From contig CAJTLB010000009.1 in assembly GCA_910577045.1 (NCBI GenBank), forward strand, positions 19,561 through 83,560: a stretch of DNA of 64,000 bases. The letters are read 5' to 3'. Of the stretch, positions 27,187-39,100 are shown in pieces. How positions within the stretch are numbered: the first letter of the stretch is position 1; every line of letters starts with the position of its first letter. The stretch comes from an uncultured Lachnospiraceae bacterium (lineage in GTDB: Bacteria; Bacillota; Clostridia; Lachnospirales; Lachnospiraceae). The position numbers were made by a program, and so were the translations under genes. The notes under the pieces were generated by a model. It searched no databases. It was not told the origin of the DNA and was given only the letters and a program-made list of their open reading frames with translations.

Positions 27187-28530
27187 CTAAATCTGGCTGC
27201 CCATTCTGCTATCTTCATTTTCTGGTAAAGGTATATTCATAATTAACCGGAAAACAAACACACCATTGTCATTTTTAAAGTCATACTCCCCATCATATTT
27301 TTTTGCAGTTTTTGTAATGCTTAACACGCCAACCCCGCCTGTAAACTCTGGCTTTGGCTGCCCATTTTTAAGTTCTGTCTCTATCCTACAAGTATTACTG
27401 CAGCAAATTACTAACTTATTCTTCTTTTTCTTCAACATAAGGTGAATAAAACATTCCCTCTCTTTTGACTGTTTTTTTACCTCTATGCAGCCATAAATTG
27501 CATTTTCATAGGCATTTGCCAATATTGCAACTAAATCAATACTTGGTATTGGCAAATTTTTTTCTAATTCTACATCTAAAGTTACCTTTATCTGCTCTTT
27601 TCTCGCCCTCCTTGTATAAGCAGACAAAATATTATTAACTGCCATATTGGCACATATAATTTCTGGTATGCCTGTATCCATTTCTTTTTCATATTCTTTC
27701 AAATATTGTAATAATTCTTGGTTCTGCCCCCTATGTATATATTCTGCAATTACTGCATTATGATGCCTAGCATCATGCCGGATTCTCCTGCCAGATTCTA
27801 CTGACTCCTCCATAAGTTCTACATTTCTTTCTAATAGCCGGTGGTTCATCTGCATTAACTGGTTCTCTCTTTGATATTCTTTCTCTTTCCCAATATGCAA
27901 ATAAAGCCGGAATACCAAAAGTTGTAATGCACCAGTTAAAAAGAAATTGATAATAATCTGAAAAAGGCGGTATGGTGTTTGCTCTTTAATATCCGGGTTT
28001 AAAATAAAGCCAATCCCAAATAGTATACTAATTACCATAACTGCTATACTAAAATGATCCAGCTCACTTTCTACATAATACCCAAACGCCCGTATAGAAT
28101 TTTTTATTTTCTTATCAATAAATACTACCATAATCCCAATTAAAATAATACGAGTAACAATATCTGCCCAAACATTTCTATTAAAAAAAATAATAGACAC
28201 TTCAATTCCGCCAATTAAAAATACAGCAAGTAAATAAAATATAAGCGCCAATTTATATATGCTTAAAAAAACATGGTCTTTACTTATTAAAATAGAAAAG
28301 ACACAAAAACCTATATACATTACAAAAGCTACTATCCTAACACAACTTTCTTGGTCTATCATATACCAAATACATGCCCCTGTAATTAAAAGCAAGCCAA
28401 ATCCGATATAATATGTAATCGTTTGTTTTTTATTAAACCGTGATTCTGTCATTAAAAAAAACAATATCACAACTCCTGCGAAACTTATCCCAAATCGAAT
28501 TAATGCAACATATACTGGTCCACCCAACAT
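27187..28530 (-). CDS. Membrane sensor histidine kinase, GHKL/AgrC-like (HPK10-type)
   Basis: 447 aa with about 6-7 N-terminal TM helices, an H-box RRIRHDARHHN and a C-terminal GHKL ATPase (GGVGVLSITK...). No cognate LytTR or other response regulator is adjacent. Confidence 0.75.
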   Translation of the reverse strand: MLGGPVYVALIRFGISFAGVVILFFLMTESRFNKKQTITYYIGFGLLLITGACIWYMIDQESCVRIVAFVMYIGFCVFSILISKDHVFLSIYKLALIFYLLAVFLIGGIEVSIIFFNRNVWADIVTRIILIGIMVVFIDKKIKNSIRAFGYYVESELDHFSIAVMVISILFGIGFILNPDIKEQTPYRLFQIIINFFLTGALQLLVFRLYLHIGKEKEYQRENQLMQMNHRLLERNVELMEESVESGRRIRHDARHHNAVIAEYIHRGQNQELLQYLKEYEKEMDTGIPEIICANMAVNNILSAYTRRARKEQIKVTLDVELEKNLPIPSIDLVAILANAYENAIYGCIEVKKQSKERECFIHLMLKKKKNKLVICCSNTCRIETELKNGQPKPEFTGGVGVLSITKTAKKYDGEYDFKNDNGVFVFRLIMNIPLPENEDSRMGSQI

Positions 28531-28668
28531 ATTTTGTACCTCTTCTTTGTCCTATAGTAATTCTCTACGAATTATACACTCTTTTTATATACTAACTATA
28601 CCAAATATGGCTTTAAAAAATATATCTCTGGTACAATTCGCATTTTTTTGGGTATACTTTGCAGTTTT

Positions 28669-29490
28669 TTATTTTTTCAATATTTTCTTTTTGGTATAGC
28701 CACAAGCCAAACATGTAAGTGCTATAATCAATATTATAAATATTGACAAAATATCCCATATGTCAAAAACAGGTTCTGCTATCATCCTTGATAATATAAA
28801 ATTAATGATAACCTCTAATGGAATTAATAATAAAAATGCTATCCCCATTGAAACCAATTTCCTAGTTTCTCCTAACCGTTGAAAAATAAATAATACTACC
28901 CACAAATATGCCATTGAAACTATTGCCATCACTGTCCCTATTGAAAATACTGCCTTTACTTTTATTAATTTACTCAATATATAAAGATATGGGACAATAA
29001 AAATACTAAAGGATAATAAGCTTTTAGCAATTCTTTTACCCTCTAATAAAATAGCTGGCACAAAAACTAGCCAAGTAAAAATAATAGAACTTACTGGAAT
29101 CAGCGACCATTTTAAAGAACCAGATATTGCTAAATCACAAATAACACATACCATGCTCCCTATAAAAAGTATGGCAGAAAAAATAATAAAAACCACTATA
29201 TTTTTGGTAAGATTACTTTCATTCTTTTTTGTTAGCTCAATCAAATTTTCCTCTGCCTTTTTTTCAAAATCTTCCACATCGACATTTTCTCCACTTAATA
29301 ATTCATTTACTGTAATCCCCAGTATGCTACAAAGTTCCAACATAATAGAAGAATCTGGCATACTTTTTCCTGTCTCCCATTTTGATACTGCCCTGTCTGT
29401 AATATTTAATTGTTCTGCTAACTGTGCCTGGGTTAGTTTTTTCTCTTTACGGCACTTAGCAATAAATTTTCCAATTTCTATTTGATCCAT
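28669..29490 (-). CDS. Xre-family HTH regulator fused to a multi-pass membrane domain
   Basis: The N-terminus MDQIEIGKFIAKCRKEKKLTQAQLAEQLNITDRAVSKWETGKSMPD is an HTH_3 domain. About five predicted TM helices follow. The start is trimmed to the ATG after SD GAAAGGAGA. Confidence 0.75.
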   Translation of the reverse strand: MDQIEIGKFIAKCRKEKKLTQAQLAEQLNITDRAVSKWETGKSMPDSSIMLELCSILGITVNELLSGENVDVEDFEKKAEENLIELTKKNESNLTKNIVVFIIFSAILFIGSMVCVICDLAISGSLKWSLIPVSSIIFTWLVFVPAILLEGKRIAKSLLSFSIFIVPYLYILSKLIKVKAVFSIGTVMAIVSMAYLWVVLFIFQRLGETRKLVSMGIAFLLLIPLEVIINFILSRMIAEPVFDIWDILSIFIILIIALTCLACGYTKKKILKK

Positions 29491-29673
29491 GCTTGTATCT
29501 CCTTTCACCTAGGATTTTACACCTAATTATCCTTTATGGATACAAACTATAGGTAGGATTTTTAACATTCAACCTATGGTTGAGAAGTAAAAAGAGTTAA
29601 TTACCCTATATTCCTGCCCTTGAAAACCTACTAAATATATGTTATTATAGGGTTATAATAACTGTTGAGGTGA

Positions 29674-30117
29674 TTGCCAATGAAAATTTCTACAAAAGGC
29701 CGCTATGCCTTACGTATGCTCCTTGATCTAGCCGAACATCAAAATTGTGGCTTTATTGCCCTTAAGGATATTGCAGAGCGCCAAAATATATCCAAAAAAT
29801 ATTTAGAACAAATTATCCCTCTTTTTAACAAATCTGGCATTTTAAAAACAACCCGCGGCTCACAAGGTGGATACCAATTATCTAAAACACCGGATAAATA
29901 TACTGTAGGAAATATCCTACGGCTAACAGAAGGCTCCTTGTCCCCCATTACATGTTTAGAACAAGACCCCATTGGATGCGAACGTAGCAGCCAATGCTCC
30001 ATGCTCCCTATATGGCAGGGCCTTTCTCGTGTAATCAATGAATATCTTGACAACATTACCTTACAAGATATCCTAGATCAGCAAAAAGAACACTATGCTA
30101 ATAACTATATTATTTAA
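29674..30117 (+). CDS. Rrf2-family transcriptional regulator (IscR/CymR-like)
   Basis: 147 aa. MKISTKGRYALRMLLDLA...RGSQGGYQL is the Rrf2 signature. Three Cys (C..C.....C) could ligate an Fe-S cluster. Confidence 0.85.
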   Translation: MPMKISTKGRYALRMLLDLAEHQNCGFIALKDIAERQNISKKYLEQIIPLFNKSGILKTTRGSQGGYQLSKTPDKYTVGNILRLTEGSLSPITCLEQDPIGCERSSQCSMLPIWQGLSRVINEYLDNITLQDILDQQKEHYANNYII

Positions 30118-30199
30118 CCCAACATTTTCTATTTCCTATAAAAAATTCTGCCTGTTTTTATTACTTCTAAACTTAAAAGTATAAAAACAGGCAATTTTT

Positions 30200-31129
30200 C
30201 TATTCTGTAAACATTGGGGTTGAAAGATAACGTTCGCCCGTATCTGGAAGCAATGCTACAATAATTTTACCATTATTCTCTGGCCGCTTTGCCAGCACAG
30301 TTGCTACAAACACGGCTGCCCCGGACGAAATTCCAACCAATAGCCCTTCCTTTCTTGCAAGAACCCTCCCTGCCTCAAAAGCATCTTCATTCTCTACTAC
30401 TATAATCTCATCATACACTTTTGTATTTAAAGTCTCTGGCACAAAACCTGCACCAATCCCTTGGATTTTATGGGGCCCTGCGGTCCCTTTAGAAAGTACA
30501 GGAGAGCCGGCAGGTTCCACTGCCACAACCTTAATATTAGGGTTCTGGCTTTTCAAATATTCCCCTACGCCTGAGATTGTGCCGCCTGTCCCTACACCAG
30601 CCACAAAAATATCCACCTTGCCATCTGTATCCTTCCAAATTTCTGGCCCAGTCGTTGCGCGATGCGCTGCTGGGTTTGCCATATTGGTAAACTGGCTAGG
30701 GATAAAACTATTTGGTGTTTTTGCAGCAAGTTCTTCTGCCTTTTCAATAGCACCTGTCATTCCTTTAGCACCATCTGTAAGAACTAATTGTGCACCATAT
30801 GCCTTTAAAAGATTACGGCGCTCCACGCTCATTGTTTCTGGCATAGTAAGAATAACCTTATACCCCCTAGATGCTGCTACTGCTGCAAGCCCAATTCCTG
30901 TATTCCCGCTAGTTGGCTCTATAATAACTGATCCAGGTTTTAAAACCCCTTTTTCTTCTGCTTCATCAACCATTGCTTTTGCAATTCTGTCCTTCACACT
31001 CCCAGCCGGGTTAAAATACTCTAACTTGCCATAAATTGTAGCTTCCAGGTTATTTTGCGCACTATAATTTTTCAAATGGAACAATGGCGTGCCGCCAATT
31101 AAATCTGTAATTTTATCAAATGTCCTCAT
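30200..31129 (-). CDS. cysK: Cysteine synthase A (O-acetylserine sulfhydrylase)
   Basis: [13 protein letters not shown] (PLP lysine), [10 protein letters not shown] and [10 protein letters not shown] are present. The start is trimmed to [15 protein letters not shown] after SD AGGAGGG; the track start at 31231 adds 34 unlikely residues. Confidence 0.92.
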   Translation of the reverse strand: MRTFDKITDLIGGTPLFHLKNYSAQNNLEATIYGKLEYFNPAGSVKDRIAKAMVDEAEEKGVLKPGSVIIEPTSGNTGIGLAAVAASRGYKVILTMPETMSVERRNLLKAYGAQLVLTDGAKGMTGAIEKAEELAAKTPNSFIPSQFTNMANPAAHRATTGPEIWKDTDGKVDIFVAGVGTGGTISGVGEYLKSQNPNIKVVAVEPAGSPVLSKGTAGPHKIQGIGAGFVPETLNTKVYDEIIVVENEDAFEAGRVLARKEGLLVGISSGAAVFVATVLAKRPENNGKIIVALLPDTGERYLSTPMFTE

Positions 31130-31195
31130 ACTATTTTTCCCTCCTAAACCTTTTCTTTTTAATATCCTACTATTCTTATATGTTTTATTTGCTTT

Positions 31196-31224
31196 ATAGT
31201 AACACTGAAATACTCTTTTGTCAA
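31196..31224 (-). promoter_or_regulatory. Candidate sigma-70 promoter for cysK
   Basis: The minus strand reads TTGACA - 17 nt - TACTAT, about 65 nt upstream of the cysK ATG. Confidence 0.45.
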
Positions 31225-31260
31225 TCTCCATTTCAAAAACTATTTTTTACTTTAGCAGGG

Positions 31261-31289
31261 TTGACAAATCAAGAAAAGCAAATTATAAT
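31261..31289 (+). promoter_or_regulatory. Consensus sigma-70 promoter for nifS-nifU
   Basis: TTGACA - 17 nt - TATAAT, about 50 nt upstream of the nifS ATG. Confidence 0.55.
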
Positions 31290-31341
31290 ATAGCCTATCA
31301 AATAGATAGGTATTATATATTTTACATAAGGAGAATACAAA

Positions 31342-32529
31342 ATGAACATATATGTAGATAATGCTGCCACCACAAAAGTAAGCGAAACTGCAATAACTGC
31401 CATGCTGCCATATTTTAACCAAGTATATGGCAATCCATCTAGCTTGCACAGTGCTGGACAACTTGCCGCAGAGTCCTTATTAATAGCAAGAGAAACCGTT
31501 GCCAATATATTAGGATGTAGCCCAAAAGAAATTATTTTTACTTCAGGGGGCAGCGAAGCAAATAACCAAGCACTTCTCTCTGCTGCTGAAATTGGGAAGA
31601 AGAAAAATAAAAAACATATTATATCAAGTACTATAGAACATCATTCCATACTCCATACCCTTGAAAAACTGAAAAAACAAGGGTTTGAAATTACTCTTCT
31701 TAATGCCCATAAAAATGGTATCATACATCCTGATGAGCTTATCGCTTCTATCCGCCCTGATACCATTTTCGTAACAATTATGTATGCAAATAATGAAATT
31801 GGCTCTATCCAGCCTATTGCAGAACTAGGAAAAATATGCCAAGAACATGGTATCCTCTTTCATACAGATGCTGTACAAGCCGCTGGACATATTAAAATTC
31901 ATGTAAAAAAAGAAAACATTGACATGCTTTCTCTATCTGCCCATAAATTCCATGGGCCAAAAGGGATTGGCATACTATATGCCAAACATGGTATTCCCCT
32001 GACTAACCTCATAGAAGGTGGCGCACAAGAAAGAGGGAAACGGGCTGGTACAGAAAACCTTCCAGCAATTATAGGAATGGCTGCCGCACTACAAGAAGCA
32101 GCAAAACATATAGATAAAACTGCGGCAAAGTTAATCCCCTTAAGGGATCGGTTAATAGAAGGCCTAACAGAAATCCCCCATACAGTCTTAAATGGTGATC
32201 CTATACAACGCTTGCCTAATAATATTCATGTATGTTTTGAAGGAATTGAAGGAGAATCTCTTCTTCTACTTTTAAATAACAAAGGGATTTACGCATCCTC
32301 TGGCTCCGCATGTACCTCTGGCTCCCTTGATCCAAGCCATGTTCTATTAGCAATTGGGCAGCCACATGAAATAGCACATGGCTCCTTACGCTTATCCTTG
32401 TCAGAGGAAAACACGATAGAAGAAGTAGAATCTATTATTAAAATCACGAAAGAATCTGTCACTTATTTACGGGGCATGTCCCCTATTTGGAAAGATTTAC
32501 AGGAGGGTAAAAGAAATTATGTTATATAG
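31342..32529 (+). CDS. nifS: Cysteine desulfurase (NifS/IscS type)
   Basis: 395 aa. GNPSSLHS, SAHKFHGPKGIG (PLP lysine) and SSGSACTSGS (catalytic Cys loop) are present. Confidence 0.9.
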   Translation: MNIYVDNAATTKVSETAITAMLPYFNQVYGNPSSLHSAGQLAAESLLIARETVANILGCSPKEIIFTSGGSEANNQALLSAAEIGKKKNKKHIISSTIEHHSILHTLEKLKKQGFEITLLNAHKNGIIHPDELIASIRPDTIFVTIMYANNEIGSIQPIAELGKICQEHGILFHTDAVQAAGHIKIHVKKENIDMLSLSAHKFHGPKGIGILYAKHGIPLTNLIEGGAQERGKRAGTENLPAIIGMAAALQEAAKHIDKTAAKLIPLRDRLIEGLTEIPHTVLNGDPIQRLPNNIHVCFEGIEGESLLLLLNNKGIYASSGSACTSGSLDPSHVLLAIGQPHEIAHGSLRLSLSEENTIEEVESIIKITKESVTYLRGMSPIWKDLQEGKRNYVI

Positions 32530-32944
32530 TAAAAAAGTTATGGATCATTTTACAAATCCACGAAATGTAGGCACTATTGAAGATGCAGACGGCATTGGGG
32601 AAGTTGGCAATGCAAAATGTGGCGATATTATGAAAATATATTTAAAAATCGAAGACAATATAATTACAGACGCAAAATTCAATACATTTGGATGCGGCAG
32701 TGCCATTGCCTCTAGCTCCATGGCAACCGAGCTAATAAAAGGAAAGCCTATTCCTGAAGCCTTACAGCTTACCAATAAAGCAGTTGCAGAAGCTTTAGAC
32801 GGCCTTCCTGCCCATAAAATACACTGTTCTGTCCTAGCAGAAGAAGCTATAAAAGAAGCTATTAAAGACTATTATAATAAAAACAATATTACTTATAACC
32901 ATACTATATTTCCTGATGGTACTTCTTGTGGGCATTGCTTATAG
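32519..32944 (+). CDS. nifU: Fe-S cluster assembly scaffold (NifU/IscU N-terminal type)
   Basis: 141 aa. HFTNPRNVG, NAKCGDIM, TFGCGSAIASSS and KIHCSVLAEEAI are the three cluster-ligating Cys motifs. Confidence 0.9.
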   Translation: MLYSKKVMDHFTNPRNVGTIEDADGIGEVGNAKCGDIMKIYLKIEDNIITDAKFNTFGCGSAIASSSMATELIKGKPIPEALQLTNKAVAEALDGLPAHKIHCSVLAEEAIKEAIKDYYNKNNITYNHTIFPDGTSCGHCL

Positions 32945-33189
32945 CTTGCCCACTTTATTTATCCTTAAGATTTTCTAGCTAATTAATTGCGTCATACACG
33001 TTAAAAAACGTTTTATAATTTGTATATAAACACTGATTTCATGCATCTGCATAATCTCCTACTGTATTGGGCTCATCAGCCATACTAAAAAGGAAAGCAA
33101 CAACCTTGGAAGCAAATATCTTATTAAAAAAATTGGAAAACCCATTATTTTTACAAAACTATAATTATAATATAATATAAATGTTTTTA

Positions 33190-36100
33190 TCAATTGGTAA
33201 GCATAAATTGTTTAGCTTCATTCTGCATAATCTCTCCTGTCTTTCGGCCATACTTCACTCCTCGTTCTACAGCAGCAAGCAATAACGCACTGCTTCGTGC
33301 ATATCCCATAGTCCGAATAGTTGCCTTTAACAAGCTATCTTTATCCATAGCCCCTTGTTCTTTCAAAGTAATGCAAACAGCATTTTTCAATTCCTGATAA
33401 CAAATTTCATCCATGATTCTCTTTTCTTCAGAATTTATATCGTTCCGATAAATCTTATATATCTCTGGCTCCTGATCTTTACGCCAATAAAACTTAACTC
33501 CCGCCTGTTTATTCACTTTTGCAGATACCTTCTTTAATGCCTTATCTGTTGCTTCCAATGTTTGTGAACTCGATCTAGTAATATTAAAAGCCCTTAATGT
33601 TTTTTTTATCAGGCGGTCATACATAATTGGTGCTTCTACATCTATAATCTGTTGCATCTTATTCGCAATAACCGCTAGATTTTCTTTTTTTACATAGTCT
33701 GTTGTAGATATATTTGTTACTTCAATATCTGCTGGCACATAATTTTCTATATGATAGTCTAAGTAAACGGAATCTATTTGAGTAACAGCTTCTAAAGCCT
33801 CTTTATCCCCTGAAGCCACCTTTTGATCTACAGCTTTAACAATAGTACTATCTATCACAAAGTATTCCTCTGTTCCCATTTTAAATTCTGGTTTATATTC
33901 CAATTCTGGATTATCCAAATGTCTTTCTATATAGATCTGGTATGCTGCCTCCTTCCTTTCGTTTAAAAGCTGCATAAGCTTAAAAATCTCCTTATCTCGG
34001 TTATCCCACCAATCCATTGTCCAGATACGATGCAATTCCCAGCCAAGGCCATTCAGCACACTAATTTGTGCCACTTCCCGATCCTTAGTATTTAATGATT
34101 GATAGTAAGATTCCCCATCTAACATAATACCAAGTAAATATTCCTCCTCATTATAAGGATTAATTACCGCAATATCAACTTTAAACTTAGAATGGCCCAC
34201 CGCTTTCTGGTATTTATATCCACCATCACTAATTGCTTGGCAAATATGTTCCATAATTCCCTGATCTCTCTGGACTCTAGTTTCCACATATTCACCTTGA
34301 AGTTTTCCCTTTTGCGCAAATTCCAAAAAATTCCTCAAAGATTCTACACCCTTGGCTTTCGTTCTCTTCAAATCAATCATATCTGCTATCATAGTAGTAA
34401 ATACTATCATTTCATTTCTTGCACGGGACACTGCTACATTCAGCCTTTTCCAGCCGCCATTTTTATTTAATGGTCCAAAATTCAACAACAGTTTTCCTTC
34501 TTCATCTGGTCCGAAAGCAATAGAAAATAAAATTACATCCCGTTCATCACCTTGTACATTCTCAAGATTCTTTACAAACATAGGTTCTTCACCAGCATTT
34601 GCCCATTTATCAAAAACTATATCTTTCTGATATTCTTCTTGAAGCATATCCTCAATCAATGTTTGTTGGCTAATATTAAATGTAACCACACCAATTGTTT
34701 GATTTGTTAGCTCTGGATCCTGATACCGCCTTTTAATTTCAGCGACAATTGCTTTTGCTTCTCCCTCATTTATACGGCCTCTTCCTCGATCAAAAAAACC
34801 TTCTACCTTCACTAACCTTACCTTCTTTTCACGGTCATTTACTGAGGGGAATGTCAACATAGAATTCTCATAAAATTCCTGGTTACTGAATGCAATAAGG
34901 CTTTCATGCCTGCTTCGGTAATGCCAATGCAGATATGCAGATGGCATTCCAAGTGCCAGACAGTCATCCAAAATACTATCTAAATCTTCAATATCCAAAT
35001 TATCTTCATCTACGGTATTGCCAGCAAAAAAACTAGTTGGCGGCATCTGATTGGGATCACCTACAATAACAGCATTTTTACCTCTTGCCAACACGCCAAC
35101 TGCCTTACAAGTAGGCAGCTGTGAAGCCTCATCAAAAACCACAATATCAAACAAATTATTTTCTGCTTTCAGATACTGTGCCGCTGAAATTGGGCTCATC
35201 AGCATACATGGACATAACCTCATAAGAATATGGGGAATCTGCTCAAACAATGTCCTAATAGACAAACCTCTTCCATTACTAATTGCCCTGCGCAAAATAT
35301 TTAGTTCTTTGCTGACTTCTACAGAATCATATGATGTTGGCAACTGATGTGTCAATTTGTAAAACATCTCATCTTTTGTCAGATTCATAAATTCCTGATC
35401 CAATTTCTTAAACTGTGCAATCTTTTCATTAAATCCAATACCAGTAAATGCGTTGAGTACTGGTTCATTTTCAATTACAGACAAAATAATTGTTTGATAT
35501 ATTGACCTCAAATATACTGTCATTACCTCATCATGGGGAAGTCCTGCTTCATAGGCATCACAGATTTGCTCAAGTCCTTTTTGCCTACATTCTGCTACAA
35601 ATTGCTGGTAAACAATCCAATCCTTGATAGATGATGTATTTTCCAAAATACAAGAACAAAGTGTAAGCCTGTTGTCTATCCAGTCTCCATCTACGTGCTC
35701 AAACGCAAGATCCAATAACCTTGCCACTTCCGCTTCTACCTTCTTTACATCGTCCAGCCCAGTAATTACATCTTTTGCCTTTTGTATACACAATTTAAGG
35801 CTTCCCAAAGTTTCCAGATTATGGATTTGATCAGAAAACTGTGCTATTATTTGTATCTGTCTTTTCACCTTATCCTTATATGTACGCAACGCTTCCATTA
35901 CTGGATAGCATTTAAGGATTTCTTTCCATTCATAGGAAAGCGAAGCTTCTGCCTCTGCTATTTCCTGTGCTTCCTGCTGATAAAAACTAATATCTGTCAA
36001 ATACGCTAAAATACGGTTTGGTTCTACTTGAAATAAAGCAAATGCCTGCAACTCTGATGTTAATGTTGCTAATGCTTTTCCCTTGCCAAAAAATTTCTTA

Positions 36101-39100
36101 TTTGCCAGATCATACTTATCCTTATAAGAATTCATATCCATTCGCAGGAAATTTTCGTTCCAATTTGACAAAAATTCTGTTTTCTTTACATCAAAGGCTT
36201 GTTTTTTAGATAAATAAGTTTCTGGTGCAGCAAATTCCTGTTCTATATTCTTTGAATTAAGCAAAAATACTGGTATTTCTTCTGCTATAATTACACTATA
36301 AGCATAATTACATATATTTTTCCACTCCTCTTCTGTTACTGGCTTTTGTACTCCCATCAATCCTACAAAATCCAATACACTATTCTGGAACTTTTCTAAC
36401 GAATCCATATATGCACGAATAATAGTATCCAAATCAAACTTCACACGTTGACTATATTCTGTCTTATGTACTGCCCTAAGAGGGTGATTATAAGGATGCC
36501 CTATTCCCTTGCCTGCTGCAATTAACCGTTCTAAACTATGTACCTGATGATCCAGATCACTTTCTGTAAGTGATGCCGCATAAGCATGATCAAACCGGAC
36601 ATTTTTATTTAATTCAGGAATCATCTCATAAATATCCATCAATTGACGCAAGCTCTTTCCAAAGGGCCGTTTTACATGCAGAGCTTTTACATAAGCATCC
36701 AGCTCTGCCCTCATCTTTTGAATATCTTGAATTTTCTTATCATAATCTGTTTTCATTCCCCATACGCCAATTTCTAGCCCACGTTTCAACTGATCCAATA
36801 CAGCCTTTTTCGTTGCCTTATTAGAATGTAGTTCCAAGCAAAAATCCTGGATACCAAGCGCAGCCAGCCTTTTTTGCACTACCTCAAGTGCAGCCATTTT
36901 TTCTGCCACAAAAAGGACTGTTTTTCCCTTAGTAAGTGCATTTGCTATCATAGCTGTAATTGTCTGTGATTTTCCTGTTCCTGGCGGCCCATGCAATACA
37001 AAACTTACTCCTGCTGCTGCCATATTAATGGCCCGCAGCTGAGAAGAGTCCACTGTTACTGGTAAGTAGGCTTCATCTGTATTGACGCTTTCTGGAATCA
37101 CACAATCCCAATCCAATGCACCAATCATTAAGCTGTGGACAATTTTACTATTTTCAAGAAAAGTATTGTTATTATGTATATCATTCCACATCATAAATTG
37201 AGAAAAAGAAAAGTTTCCGATAAATCCAGCTTCTACTACATCCCACATAGGAAGGTTCATAATTGCATGGCGAATAATAGCAAAAATCTTTGGGATATTT
37301 AATCCATGTTCGTCTGTTGGTGGAGGATTCAATCCATAAATTTGTATATCATAATTCTGCTTTAAGAATTCCAAAAGGGTAATATTAATCTGTGCATCCT
37401 CATCACGCATACGCATAGCATATCCTTTATTGGCAGATTTCCGCACAATATCAATAGGAACCAATACAATGGGAGCATACCTTATTGTAGTACTTTTCTT
37501 TTCTTCAAACCAGCGCAGCAGCCCTAATGCCAAATATAAAGTACTAGCCCCATTCTCTTCCATAGAGGATTTCGCAGAACGGTACATTTTTGTTAAACAA
37601 TTATTTAATTCTTTTTCTGCATACAGAGAATGAAGCCTCTTATGTTTGCTCTCCAGTGCAATAAAATCTGCAAAAGGCCCTAACTGTCCTAGTGCTTCTA
37701 CTGGAACTCCACCATCTCCGGCAATAGACATATCTGTTGGCCGCGGCATTACCTGGAACTCTTCACCATCAGACAATGCATCTTCCAAAACACTGACATC
37801 AGAAGCCAGCAATGGAACTACCATTTTTGTCATACGCATATTAATTAACATATTCCGAAGGCTAAGATCCAACAACTTACGCTCCCACTGCGTTAATTTT
37901 GTTACTTTATCCTTCTGTGTAGAATTAGGAAGATCAAAAATCTCTACTTTATTTTGTGATACATTGGTAACTTCTTTCTCTTTTCGGTCTTCATGTTGTA
38001 CTTCAAACCCACTTGCTGTTTTTACACGAACTGGAAGAGGCTTTATTCCCATGCTTCTAGCACGTTTCACATCAATTACAAATATAAAATCTCCATAATG
38101 TGATACATTTGCTTTCGCTATAGCAACTGCCTCGTCAAAACTTCTGCTCTTCCCAGCACACATTGCCGTACATTCTACAACAATCATTTCATGAATACCC
38201 TTAGACATACGCTTTTCCAGCTGAGAAGGATCTTCCATAATCATGTCTATAAAAGATTCTTCTACTAGCCAAACACCAGCAAAAATATGGCCCTTCATCA
38301 TCACCATAACAGGATTCAATCCCATCGCTTCTATACATGCTACATACAACAATGTCATATCCATACAAGTACCAAGATGCTGATCCAATATAGCATCTGC
38401 CAAACGGATCCTTTGCCCAAACGCTTCAAAACTCGAAGGCGGTTCTGCATAAGTAATATTTTTCTGCTGAATTGCTGCATAGGCTGCTGTAGCCATATCT
38501 TTAACCCGGTTTGGATCTTTGAATTGATATCCTGCCAGTGACGGATCCCCAGTCCATTTTTCCAAATATTTTGCTGCTAATTGAATCATACTTATTACTA
38601 CTGGATGATTTGGCATAGAAAATGCTGTTAAAAGTTCTGGCGTATACTGTAACCCCGGCCACTGATCGTATGCCAATACTATAATATTTATAGTCTTTTT
38701 TATTAACTGATTTTCTTCAAAACAAATAATAATACTTATTTGGCAAGAACTTCTTTCTGTAAGAGATGCCAGATATTCCGCATTAATAGAAACATCTAAA
38801 TTTTTAAGATGAACTTCCTCGCCTGGCTTAATTTTATCAATGCCTATGTCAAAATTTTCTACAAGCTGATTACTGGAACAGATCCGAACTGTTAGATATT
38901 GAAAATCTTCTTCAGAAATATTTTTTACACATATATCCCGAACAATATGTACACCATTATGAATAATCGCATAAGTAAGTACATCATCAATATCGCAAGT
39001 AAGCTCCAAACCATTCTTTGTTGCATCAATGGTACTCTGTTTTGTTTTTTCTGTGCTATTACGCTCAGCTAATAATTCCTTTTCCTGATTATCTATCTCT

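Noticed and set aside
31252-31505. Two minus-strand ORFs (69 and 78 aa) in the cysK-nifS divergent region
   Set aside because: They overlap the nifS promoter and the nifS 5' coding region in antisense, and they have no RBS. They are shadow ORFs.
33041-33085. A possible remnant of a second DUF3320 3' end just downstream of the giant gene. TCTGCATAATC..TCCT...GCCATAC resembles 33226-33253.
   Set aside because: Only about 25 matching nt with gaps. I cannot assess significance without a search, so I treat it as unsupported.
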